Position numbers and translations under genes: made by a program
Notes under the pieces: model-generated
Database searches by the model: none
The model's input: only the letters and a program-made list of their open reading frames with translations
What the model was told of the DNA's origin: nothing
Shown: positions 10,821 to 19,942 of the stretch, piece by piece
How the letters are laid out: each line of letters begins with the position of its first letter
How positions within the stretch are numbered: position 1 is the first letter of the stretch
Sequence record: PQ843332.1
Length of the DNA: 64,000 nucleotides
Direction: 5' to 3' (one strand)
Source: Escherichia phage P-GXEC-L2P5

Positions 10821-11042
10821 TTACCACTCCCGTGATTTAACTGATACTGTGCCTGAGAAATTGCCGTCGCTATCTGAAGACAGCCCAGTGAATCGCATGT
10901 CCACATCTCCTGCCGGGACTTTTTGCCCATCAACGTAGCGCAACATGCAGCTACCGTACGCAACCGTAATGCACTCGCCGTTGTTGCGTTCTACGGCGCA
11001 ACCGGATAAAAGAACCGCACAAATCATAATTAAAGTTTTCAT
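10821..11042 (-). CDS. small lipoprotein, candidate Llp/Cor-like superinfection exclusion protein
   Basis: Signal peptide MKTLIMICAVLLSGC with lipobox LSGC; AGGGGA RBS; lies between gpJ-like gene and tail fibre; mature part differs completely from paralogue at 61449-61667. Confidence 0.5.
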   Translation of the reverse strand: MKTLIMICAVLLSGCAVERNNGECITVAYGSCMLRYVDGQKVPAGDVDMRFTGLSSDSDGNFSGTVSVKSREW

Positions 11043-11122
11043 GGTATCATCCCCTATATTTGGTTGAGTTTTAGTATTACACCGCTCAACCAGGATTGCA
11101 ACCAATTTAAGAGGATTTAGCT

Positions 11123-12901
11123 ATGGCAGCGGGTACGCTATCCGTAACGAACAATAGCAAGGCTGTAGTAGGGGTCGGCACAACGTTTACCGCGTTTAAA
11201 GCGGGCGACTTCTTAACGCTGGTGGTAGGACAAGTCCCATACACCGTGGCAATCGCGTCCATTGAAAGCGCAACCGCGCTCACGCTGGTACTGCCGTTCG
11301 ACGGCCCAACGGCAACCGGCCTTGCGTGGGATGGCGTTAAGCGCGATACCATGTCGCTGGCAACGATGGGCGTTACCGTACAGGCCCAAAAAGCATTGCG
11401 CTTGATGATTGCAGATGAAAACAACTGGCGTGCAATCTTCGGCGATGCTGAAGAAATCACAGTCACGCTCCCGAACGGGCAAGTTATGCAGGGTATGTCG
11501 TGGGGCTACCTGTCGTCTTTGCTGAAGGAAGTAGACCCCGTTGAGATGCGCAACCTGCAACAACAAGCCGCCGCATCGGAAGCAGCCGCGCAAGGATTCC
11601 GTAACGAGGCGGAAGGCTTCAAGAACGACGCCAACACCATCAAGACGCAGACCAGCCAACTTAAGGCAGATACGCAGGCTATCAAGGACCAAACGAATCA
11701 GATCAAGACTGACACTGGCGTTATTCGTGATGAAGCCAATACCGCGAAGGAGGACGCGCAATCTGCCCGCACTGCCGCGCAAGGATTTCGCAATGAGGCT
11801 GAACAATTCGCTAATAGTGTTAACCCGGAAAACCTACTTGCGAAGGCCAACAACTTAAGTGATGTTGCGGATGTGGCTGTGGCGCGCGAAAACATTGGCG
11901 TAGACCGCCTAACGCAAAACATAACCAGCGGCGAAACACAAATCAGGACTGCGGCGAAGAATAAATGGATCTTCGTTAAGGAAAATGGCGACTGGGGCGG
12001 GTGGGATAATGCCAACAATAAAGCCATGCCGCTGCCGATTGCATTCGGTGGTACGGGGCGCGGCGATAACGTCGCCGAGTTCCGCCAATTCAAATCAAAC
12101 GGCGACACCCAAGATGGGTTAATCATTACGCAGAACGGGTCTGGATTTGGTGGTGTATGCTGGGGGGATTCCGCCAATAAAGTACGCTGGCGCATGGGGA
12201 TTAACGACGCCGCGGGTAATTTTAAGTTGCACTCATATGACGCGTCGGGCGCGTACCGCGATACCTTTATGGAGATCTCTGGATCGGGGATAAGCGGCAT
12301 GGTGTGTCATCGAGATATCATGGTCCGCCCAACAGAGACAGTTCCAGTGTTGTCTTTCGTCCTAAACAACGGAAAAGCTACCGTCCCGGCTGGTAACGTC
12401 CGCACGATGTGGGATACGGTTAACATCAATAGTAATATAATCTATAAATATTTTGAGAAGGGAGACGGCACTGGCTTCACAGTCAACTGGCCCTCATCTG
12501 GTGGTGTTATTGCCCTCCAGGGTACATCAGGAAGGGACTTTAAGAAAGATATTACCGACGCGGACGTTACAGAAGCGGTTGCACGCATTGAACAAATGCG
12601 CATGGTGCGCTACGTGTATAAGGACGATGTGCAGGAGCGCGTCCGCTTCGGCATCATTGCCGAGGAAGCAGAAGAGATTGCGCCTCAATACATCAAACAC
12701 CGTGAGGAGACGTACGATGTGGAGGTGGACCCCGAGACTAACGCCATCGTCGGGGGTAAGACGCGCGACCGTCCGTCGGTAGACGTTAACCCTATCGTGA
12801 TGGACTTGATGGGGTGCGCACAATATGCGATCGCTGAGTGTAAACGCCTGGCGGCGGAAGTGGAGGATTTGAAAGCCGAGATCGCGGCGTTGAAGAAATA
12901 A
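11123..12901 (+). CDS. tail fibre protein with C-terminal intramolecular chaperone (peptidase S74-like) domain
   Basis: Intact 592 aa ORF; coiled repeat region; C-terminal ...RFGIIAEEAEEIAPQYIK...DLKAEIAALKK resembles the auto-cleaving chaperone domain of endosialidase and L-shaped tail fibres. Confidence 0.7.
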   Translation: MAAGTLSVTNNSKAVVGVGTTFTAFKAGDFLTLVVGQVPYTVAIASIESATALTLVLPFDGPTATGLAWDGVKRDTMSLATMGVTVQAQKALRLMIADENNWRAIFGDAEEITVTLPNGQVMQGMSWGYLSSLLKEVDPVEMRNLQQQAAASEAAAQGFRNEAEGFKNDANTIKTQTSQLKADTQAIKDQTNQIKTDTGVIRDEANTAKEDAQSARTAAQGFRNEAEQFANSVNPENLLAKANNLSDVADVAVARENIGVDRLTQNITSGETQIRTAAKNKWIFVKENGDWGGWDNANNKAMPLPIAFGGTGRGDNVAEFRQFKSNGDTQDGLIITQNGSGFGGVCWGDSANKVRWRMGINDAAGNFKLHSYDASGAYRDTFMEISGSGISGMVCHRDIMVRPTETVPVLSFVLNNGKATVPAGNVRTMWDTVNINSNIIYKYFEKGDGTGFTVNWPSSGGVIALQGTSGRDFKKDITDADVTEAVARIEQMRMVRYVYKDDVQERVRFGIIAEEAEEIAPQYIKHREETYDVEVDPETNAIVGGKTRDRPSVDVNPIVMDLMGCAQYAIAECKRLAAEVEDLKAEIAALKK

Positions 12902-12905
12902 ATAG

Positions 12906-12930
12906 AAGGGGCCATGCGGCCCCTTTTTTA
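12906..12930 (+). terminator. rho-independent terminator (aaggggccatgcggcccctttttta), bidirectional
   Basis: Perfect GC stem plus T-run between convergent genes. Confidence 0.65.
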
Positions 12931-13580
12931 GTTTGAGTTTTCCCAGTCCATTTTGCGCCGCACCAGATGGCTTTCGTAATATTCCTTGCCCTCAACTTCC
13001 ACTAAGGGCCAATCGTTAACAATCACGTACGGTTCCGCAATATCCTCAATCACGCCGTGCGCGCTTTGCGGCCCTAACGACACGCCCACCAGGATAACAC
13101 CGGCAACACGACGGGCAAGATACTCACGAGCGCAGCGCGCCTCTACCAGTCCGCGACGGATGCCGCTGGTGGCCTTAACTTCGTAGGTCCATACGGCATC
13201 GATCACATGCTCGCGGAAGTCGGGACCGGACTTCACCTTGCGCTTGCCGACCATGATGATATCGCCGCGACGGCATCGATCACATGCTCGCGGAAGTCGG
13301 GACCGGACTTCACCTTGCGCTTGCCGACCATGATGATATCGCCGCGGTCAATGGTATTGGCGCTAAACAGGCCGGTACGCATGAGCAAGCCTTGAGGAAT
13401 ACAACTGCGCCCTCCTGCCTGCCCTTCAAGATACATGCCTGCAAACATCTCGCCCAGCACACCGACCAGTCGGCTTTGCTTGCACGCGTCAGACTTTAAG
13501 CGCCACTGGTCAAACTCGATGCTTGCTATCATTGCCGCCAGGTGGAATTGTTTACCGGATATTTCATATTCGCCGTACAT
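12928..13580 (-). CDS. hypothetical protein, possible PD-(D/E)xK-type nuclease fold (frame broken by duplication near 13195-13345)
   Basis: ORFs 13233-13580 and 12928-13254 are contiguous; GDII...YEVK resembles D...(E)xK; homologue at 63627-64000. Confidence 0.3.
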
Positions 13581-13622
13581 CGTGTGGTCCTCATTGATGC
13601 GGGCCGAAGCCCTCGATTAGAA

Positions 13623-14297
13623 TTATTTCAGTGCGCCAGTCACCAGTGTTTTTTCCATGTTGCGGAAATCTTCCGGCGTCATGAGGATTTTCGATCCGTC
13701 CTCGCCAGTGAGCACGACCATAGGCTGGACGTCCTGATCTGCGATGCCAAAATTAGCGGCTTTAACAGTCTTGCCCACAGATGAAGAAGGATGCCGCGTC
13801 CCGGCGGAGGCGATGGGCCGGCCTTTGAGGCTGTCGAATTGTGCTGCCGTTGTATCGATCTGAATCTCGTCATGTACGGTCATGTAAGACTCGCCCAGCA
13901 GGGCGGCATACCGAATTGTGCTGCCGTTGTATCGATCTGAATCTCGTCATGTACGGTCATGTAAGACTCGCCCAGCAGGGCGGCATACGCCACCAGATCC
14001 ACGATGTTATCTTCCTGGTGCTTACGGTGCTGGCGCACCAGCTTCAGGCAGATCAGGAAGGTCCAGGCTTCTTGCTCTGTAAGTTATCTTCCTGGTGCTT
14101 ACGGTGCTGGCGCACCAGCTTCAGGCAGATCAGGAAGGTCCAGGCTTCTTGCTCGGACAGGTCGCGACCGGTAATCGCGTTAAACACGGCCGCGATTTGT
14201 TTAGCGCTGCGTTCTTCTTTCGCGTTGTCATAGCCGTTTTCTTTCCCGCGCTGTTCCATAGTGGTGGCGGCGTTTTTGCAGTATTCGTATGCTTTCA
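13623..14297 (-). CDS. hypothetical protein (frame broken by duplications near 13835-13985 and 14005-14158)
   Basis: Removing the duplicated units joins ORFs 14053-14340 and 13623-13883 into one ~175 aa frame; GTG start with AAGGG RBS near 14297. Confidence 0.35.
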
Positions 14298-14348
14298 CAG
14301 TATTACCCTTTTTAGTGAAGGGGCGGTATTGCCCCGACACGTTTACTA

Positions 14349-14370
14349 TAGTGCAACCAACCTATTGGTT
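14349..14370. promoter_or_regulatory. perfect palindrome TGCAACCAA-TAGG-TTGGTTGCA (operator or intercistronic hairpin)
   Basis: 9-bp perfect inverted repeat seen directly; overlaps the stop codon of the HAD-like gene; same TTGGTTGCA core recurs in other intergenic regions. Confidence 0.5.
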
Positions 14371-14909
14371 GCAAGTGAATTTTGCAACGTTTATTGCGTA
14401 AATTTTCGGGACCAAATCACCACACGCCCGACGAATTGCCGCGATGTTCTTCTCGCAATCTTCAATGATGACCAGTTCAGACACGTCCGCGTAGCAGACC
14501 ATTTTGAACACGGCGCACGCTTTAAACTCAGGCGGCGTTCAATGATGACCAGTTCAGACACGTCCGCGTAGCAGACCATTTTGAACACGGCGCACGCCTT
14601 AAACTCTGGCGGCGGGGTGTCGTCCAGCATGTGGCGCATAAACAACCGGCCTACGGGGAAGACCTCCAATTGCTCGGCGGTGGTGTCCCAGCATTCTCGC
14701 TGCCGGTTGGTCAGATATGCGATCTCGAAGCCTTGCTCTTTATACATGCGCAGTAGCGGCAGCATATCCATGTTCAGGTCTTCGCGGACGTGCGCCTTGT
14801 GCCACTTCGCCCAAAAGGTGGATTTAGTTTTTATCCCCGGCACCAGGTCGGCGCGCGCATCGCTTGATCCATTAATAACGCCATCCAGGTCACAAATCAG
14901 TAATTTCAT
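14356..14909 (-). CDS. HAD-superfamily phosphatase (polynucleotide 3'-phosphatase / nucleotidase-like); frame broken by duplication near 14460-14615, start duplicated near 14853-15005
   Basis: N-terminal MKLLICDLDGVI (HAD motif I DxDG), downstream YLTNR and Lys motifs; GAGGAA RBS. Confidence 0.55.
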
Positions 14910-14999
14910 TTCAATTCCTCAATCAAATTTGCACGAACAATTGATCCATTAATAACGCCATCCAGATCACAAATCAGTAATTTCATTTCAATTCCTCAA

Positions 15000-15182
15000 T
15001 CAAATTTGCACGAACACTACGGGCGGAAAACGTGTCACACACACAAGATGACAGCGGGCAGTCATTACAAGCCAGCCAGTAAGGTCCATGCCCAGGATGT
15101 GTTCCGGACGTGACACACGACGCACTTTGTTCTCCCTCGGGTTTATTTGGTAGCGTTTAACAATTTCGTCCACGACGCGCAT
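15000..15182 (-). CDS. hypothetical small protein (60 aa)
   Basis: ATG at 15182 follows the Dam-like stop; ends TGA at 15000; contains a Cys/His cluster. Confidence 0.3.
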   Translation of the reverse strand: MRVVDEIVKRYQINPRENKVRRVSRPEHILGMDLTGWLVMTARCHLVCVTRFPPVVFVQI

Positions 15183-15189
15183 ACTGCGA

Positions 15190-15752
15190 TCAACGACTAA
15201 GATATTCAAGGAGTTCTCCTTCGCTCATTATTTCAATTTGTGCGCTGCCGGTGGGCGGCGCTTCGTCAAAGATTATCAATTGCTGGCACTTGTTATTGCT
15301 CGGCCCGTTTCAATTTGTGCGCTGCCGGTGGGCGGCGCTTCGTCAAAGATTATCAATTGCTGGCACTTGTTATTGCTCGGCCCGACTTCGCCGGTTACAG
15401 CATGTATGAATCGGATCCGCCAGTCCAGAAGAATTATCAGGTTTGCAGTCTTCCGGGCCAGCTTCGCCCACTTCGTCGACGTGTCCTGATTCAGTAGCAT
15501 GACGGTCCGGCGTCCGTGCGCCGCGCACTCGACCCACGGCAGCGGATCGGAATACGGCGGGTTGCACCACTTCCACCCTTTCAACTCTGACCAGTCCGCA
15601 TCGAGCGCGCTGTGCTCTGCCGTGAAGTAACGCGGTAGCAGGTGGTTGGCATCGCTCGCCGCCATGTCATAACGGAATCTGTACTTCCGGCGCAGCGGTT
15701 TAAATAAAGCTGGCGGCGTGCGCCAGCTATCTTTTTGCTCACTCTTCTGCAT
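15190..15752 (-). CDS. DNA N6-adenine methyltransferase, phage Dam-like (frame broken by duplication near 15231-15382; start duplicated 15752/15829)
   Basis: WRTPPALF N-terminus and NPPY catalytic motif typical of phage Dam family. Confidence 0.65.
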
Positions 15753-15815
15753 GATCGGTACTTCCGGCGCAGCGGTTTAAATAAAGCTGGCGGAGTGCGC
15801 CAGCTATCTTTTTGC

Positions 15816-16280
15816 TCACTCTTCTGCATGGTCTGTGTCTATCGCATAAAGTGGAGTCTTACCACCTTTATTGATGACGCGCTGCACGCGCTTTGCTTCT
15901 TCGACACTAAGCGGGCGCGCGTTATGGTAGATGCTGCCGTTTGTAGGGTTGCGCCACGCCATGAGCACAAGGTCTTTACGGTCGATCTTCGTTGTGCGAC
16001 CTTTTGGGCGCACGTACTCCTCGGCACGTTTGCAATGCTCGCGCAAACCTTCGGCAGTGATGCGGTTTAGTGCAACGCTGGTTGTGTATCCGGTGCGCTG
16101 CATAATCCCCATCAATTCGAAAAGCAGTTCGAAACGCTCCTCTAGCTCCTGGCGCACTTTCTTCTCTCCTTCATATAGCGCCTGGTTGGTGTCAGCCACC
16201 GCGTTCGCACGTTCGGCCTGTTCGCGGGCTTCGAGGCATTGCGCGGCCCAGTAATTTTTCTCTTCTTGTAAAATTTTCAT
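15816..16280 (-). CDS. hypothetical protein with N-terminal coiled coil
   Basis: 154 aa ORF; stop overlaps Dam-like start; terminator immediately upstream. Confidence 0.4.
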   Translation of the reverse strand: MKILQEEKNYWAAQCLEAREQAERANAVADTNQALYEGEKKVRQELEERFELLFELMGIMQRTGYTTSVALNRITAEGLREHCKRAEEYVRPKGRTTKIDRKDLVLMAWRNPTNGSIYHNARPLSVEEAKRVQRVINKGGKTPLYAIDTDHAEE

Positions 16281-16297
16281 CGTGTCGTCTCCGGGTA

Positions 16298-16326
16298 TTA
16301 AAAAGGGCGTCCAAACCGGACACCCT
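16298..16326 (-). terminator. rho-independent terminator on minus strand (gggtgtccggtttggacgccc + ttttta)
   Basis: Stem-loop followed by T-run when read on the minus strand. Confidence 0.5.
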
Positions 16327-16328
16327 CA

Positions 16329-16361
16329 ATATAATGCAACCAATCTAATTATGCAACCAAT
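16329..16361 (-). promoter_or_regulatory. two direct copies of ATTGGTTGCA (minus-strand orientation) upstream of gene 15816-16280
   Basis: TGCAACCAAT at 16335-16344 and 16352-16361 on plus strand; same motif in at least five other intergenic sites. Confidence 0.45.
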
Positions 16362-16685
16362 TTACGAATAAAAATTTGGGTCGCGTGCAACGTCTACCAG
16401 ATACAGATTGCTGATTCGGTTGCCGTAGTGGCCTGGTGTTCGCTGGCGGCACACAACGGCGTAGCCTGGAGGAATTGTATTGCCGGTCGCGATAATCCAC
16501 GCCACGCGTGCGCCAGACAGCGTCTTTCCGTTGCATTCGATACGTGTTCCGCCGTCGGCAGTATTGATGTTGCCAATCTTGCAGCCGGTGGACTTCAGAC
16601 GAATGACGCCGGTTTTGCTGTCGTAGGAGAATAACTGGTTAGTCATTGCGACCGAAAAGTCGATGGCTTCGAATGTCGTATTCAT
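16362..16685 (-). CDS. HNH-like homing endonuclease-related protein (possibly degenerate)
   Basis: 107 aa; DGGTRIECNGKT...ARVAWIIATGNTIPPGY...GNRISNLYLV resembles NUMOD4/HNH_3 layout but lacks a clear catalytic His. Confidence 0.4.
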   Translation of the reverse strand: MNTTFEAIDFSVAMTNQLFSYDSKTGVIRLKSTGCKIGNINTADGGTRIECNGKTLSGARVAWIIATGNTIPPGYAVVCRQRTPGHYGNRISNLYLVDVARDPNFYS

Positions 16686-17531
16686 TTTAAATTTTCCTCG
16701 TTAACCGCTATCGCGAAGCCGCGCGGAGTGAGCGACCGGATTAATTTTGTGCGGGCTGATTTGCCTCCGAGGCGACTATACTGCTTCGAGTACCCTTTTT
16801 CAACGAAAACAGGTTTCTTCTCTGGCATACGGAAGCCGTTGCCGGTCCATAAGCAGGTCAGCTTCGGATATGAATCGCGGGCGTTGATGTATTCTTCTCT
16901 GGCATACGGAAGCCGTTGCCGGTCCATAAGCAGGTCAGCTTCGGATATGAATCGCGGGCGTTGATGTATTCCGGGAAGAGCGGGTGTACGTCATCATCCG
17001 GCAGATATCCCCCATACTCCCACGGGTCGAATGAGTGATCCGGTTTGCGCCACTGTGTGGAAAGCACACTGCGCGGATTCTCAATCATATACGGCACTTC
17101 GAAGAAGTCACCCAGGTAAGCGGCGATCTTCGCGGTGCGCACCGCCTTAAGCTGAAAGGCTGGGTCTTTTGCACGCCGAAGAAGTCACCCAGGTAAGCGG
17201 CGATCTTCGCGGTGCGCACCGCCTTAAGCTGAAAGGCTGGGTCTTTTGCACGCTTGCGCGGGAAAGCTGGCGCACCGCTCACTGCCAGATCCGTGCACGG
17301 AGGAAACGCATAGATGATATCTGGCGTACCGAAATCGCCATTCATCGCACGGTCTACAAAGTCCAGATCGATAAACTCATTGCGATAGCGGATTCCGCGA
17401 CCATAAATCCGGTAGTCAAGGTACGACCCGTGATCGGCTTCGGAGTAGTTGAAGCAATAACACTTATGCCCCATCTCGGCAGCACGCTCAATCATCAAGC
17501 CGCTGCCGTCAAACAATGACCAGATTATCAT
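16682..17531 (-). CDS. DNA (cytosine-5)-methyltransferase-like protein (frame broken by duplications near 16816-16971 and 17098-17253; start duplicated near 17456-17608)
   Basis: Motif I LFDGSG, motif IV PPCTD (Pro-Cys), ENP motif; ORFs 17085-17531, 16858-17142 and 16682-16927 are contiguous. Confidence 0.55.
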
Positions 17532-17604
17532 TTATAACACTTATGCCCCATCTCGGCAGCACGCTCAATCATCAAGCCGCTGCCGTCAAACAATGACCAG
17601 ATTA

Positions 17605-19329
17605 TCATTTGCGCGCCTTTTTAGCTTTCATGTATTCCATCAAGTCGTCCTGTATATCTCGCTTACTGTCGCGACGCTCGGCGACCAGTTCGTCTAGTGT
17701 TCCGCGCGCCTGGATAATGTAGACGAATACCGGTCGAGGGTGTCCGGCCTGCATCTGGCGAACCGGCCCGATACGTTCAACGATCTGCGAAAAGTGCTCA
17801 AAGTTCCAGGTATCGGAGAAGATTGCCAGGTGATGACCGCCGTCCTGCAAGTTAAGGCCGTGGCCCGCCGATGCCGGGTGTGCAAACATGATGGGGATCT
17901 CGCCCCTGTTCCACGCTTCCATATCCTTATTGCCCTGCTTACCCTTACCCAACGCGACGCCGTGCGGAAATTTCTTCTTAAGACGTGCCAGGTCATGCTT
18001 ATACTGATACGCAACGAGCAACGGCGCGCCGTTCAACTCCTCCACGATACTTTCCAGTGCGTCCAGCTTCGCGTCGTGAATCTTCACCCACTCGTCGGTC
18101 CGTTCGCCGTCTTCGTCCACCTTATACACAGCGCCGGAAGCAAGCTGAAGGCACTTAATTGTCTTCGATGCCGCGTTCGCCGCTTCCACTGTTCCGCTTT
18201 CCAGTTCGGCAAATAGCTCGCTTTCAAACTGGTCGTAAATCTTGCGGGCTTTCTTCGGCAGGTCCACAACAACCGGCGTATAGATTGGCTTGTCGCACCC
18301 GAAGTATTCAGCCGCGTCAACGGTGAGGGATACATCTGACAGACGTTGTTGTATCTCTTTCTCGGAGTTCTTTAGCGGAGCGTGCTGCATAGTGAAGCTG
18401 CCAGGCTTAACAGGCTTGCTAATGAACCAGCGGTCGGTGAATGCCTTATAGCTACTACCGAGGCGTTCACCACCGTCGACGAACCACGTCTGACCCCATA
18501 AGTCTTTCAAGCCGTTTGGTGCGGGTGTGCCGGTCAAGTTAATCCAGCGCTTGACGTGCTTATGTGCAATCGCCGCCAGTGCGCGTGCGCGCTTACTGCC
18601 CTGCTTGCTTCGATAGCCTTTCAGCTTAGTCGATTCATCGGCAACAACGACCGTAAAGGGCCACGCATCGCCGTAATAGTCGACCAGCCACTCAACCACA
18701 TCGTAGTTAACACAAACCACGTTAGCGTCGCTCTCAAGCGCCGCAATACGGTCCTTCTCCGGCCCGGTGCCGTCTACAACCAGCAGGGATGAGAACCGCC
18801 ATTTCTCCTGCTCCGGGGGCCATGTACCTGACGCAACACGCAGCGGGGCCAGCACCAGTACGCGGTCCTCATGATGGGACAGGACGCCAGTCTGGAACAT
18901 TTTATTCAGCGCCCACATTGTCGCGCCGGTTTTACCCGATCCCATTGTCGCCCAGATATTACATCGCTTATGCTTGAGGATGAACGCGGTTATCAACTTC
19001 TGATATTCGCGGCGTCGGAATCGTGCCATATCTTTATTCCGCCTTTTTCCAGACTTCGGTTTCACTGTTCCAGTTCCTTTTTGTAGCGTCGTAGTTGGTG
19101 GCGTGTCCGATGTGGACGCCTTTTTCCAGACTTCGGTTTCACTGTTCCAGTTCCTTTTTGTGGCGTCGTAGTTGGTGGCGTGTCCGATGTGGACACCAGT
19201 AGCCCGGAAGCTCTTAAATTTTTGCCAGCACACCGTCAACGGCAGCGGGTCATTCATGCCAGCAATAAACCACACGCGATCGCCCGGTTTGCATTCGCCC
19301 AGCTTGGTGAGTCGGTAATGTTCTTTCAT
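17605..19329 (-). CDS. superfamily 2 DNA helicase (DEAD/DEAH-like N domain + helicase C domain); N-terminal region carries duplication near 19070-19160
   Basis: Walker A ATMGSGKTGA, DEST box (VVADESTKL), helicase C motifs (HPASAGHGLNLQ); start choice from GGGAGA RBS. Confidence 0.75.
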   Translation of the reverse strand: MKEHYRLTKLGECKPGDRVWFIAGMNDPLPLTVCWQKFKSFRATGVHIGHATNYDATKRNWNSETEVWKKASTSDTPPTTTLQKGTGTVKPKSGKRRNKDMARFRRREYQKLITAFILKHKRCNIWATMGSGKTGATMWALNKMFQTGVLSHHEDRVLVLAPLRVASGTWPPEQEKWRFSSLLVVDGTGPEKDRIAALESDANVVCVNYDVVEWLVDYYGDAWPFTVVVADESTKLKGYRSKQGSKRARALAAIAHKHVKRWINLTGTPAPNGLKDLWGQTWFVDGGERLGSSYKAFTDRWFISKPVKPGSFTMQHAPLKNSEKEIQQRLSDVSLTVDAAEYFGCDKPIYTPVVVDLPKKARKIYDQFESELFAELESGTVEAANAASKTIKCLQLASGAVYKVDEDGERTDEWVKIHDAKLDALESIVEELNGAPLLVAYQYKHDLARLKKKFPHGVALGKGKQGNKDMEAWNRGEIPIMFAHPASAGHGLNLQDGGHHLAIFSDTWNFEHFSQIVERIGPVRQMQAGHPRPVFVYIIQARGTLDELVAERRDSKRDIQDDLMEYMKAKKARK

Positions 19330-19355
19330 CGTCATGTCTCCCAAAAATGGCGGGA

Positions 19356-19372
19356 CAAGCCCGCCGTATTAA
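19356..19372 (-). terminator. hairpin ggcgggacaagcccgcc followed by T-run on minus strand (duplicated at 19425-19441)
   Basis: Perfect 6-bp GC stem; lies just upstream of helicase RBS. Confidence 0.35.
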
Positions 19373-19449
19373 TTATTTTTGCTCTGCGCCGGTAATGTTC
19401 TTTCATCGTCATGTCTCCCAAAAATGGCGGGACAAGCCCGCCGTATTAA

Positions 19450-19623
19450 TTATTTTTGTTCTGCACGGTAGCGGCGCTGCCGTTCGCGCTCTTTCTTATT
19501 GCGGCACGATTTGCACTCTGCCCGATACCCGTCTGGACTGCGCGCAGTCTTACCGGTGTATTTGTGGAACTGGGATAGCGGCTTTACACAGCCGCAATTA
19601 CTACAACGTTTTTCTTCAATCAT
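19450..19623 (-). CDS. small zinc-ribbon protein (CxxC...CxxC), hypothetical
   Basis: MIEEKRCSNCG...ECKSCRNKKERERQRR; GAGGA RBS before ATG 19623. Confidence 0.4.
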   Translation of the reverse strand: MIEEKRCSNCGCVKPLSQFHKYTGKTARSPDGYRAECKSCRNKKERERQRRYRAEQK

Positions 19624-19663
19624 CTCTAAAATCCTCGATATGGCTAACCGGCACACTATACCG

Positions 19664-19942
19664 CTATGCGACCAATTCAGCAACCAATAAATCGCAGTCG
19701 GATATGTTGTCGATAACGCGAACGTCAGCACCGCGGCGGGCCATTCGCTCATGTTCACGTACCTGGTGCGGCTTCGGTTTTCCTCCGGGGCGCTTCACTT
19801 CGACGAACACTATTTTGCCGTTGATGATAATAATCAGGTCGGGCGCACCCGCGCGCCCCTCCCATGCCAGTTTTCGGCAGAAGCCGCCAACCTCTTTCAC
19901 CCGTCGCATCAGGTGGCTTTGAATCTTGCCTTCTGGTGTCAT
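19664..19942 (-). CDS. VRR-NUC domain nuclease
   Basis: GAPDLIIIINGKIVFVEVKRPGGKPKPHQ matches VRR-NUC signature (PD...E-V-K). Confidence 0.6.
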   Translation of the reverse strand: MTPEGKIQSHLMRRVKEVGGFCRKLAWEGRAGAPDLIIIINGKIVFVEVKRPGGKPKPHQVREHERMARRGADVRVIDNISDCDLLVAELVA

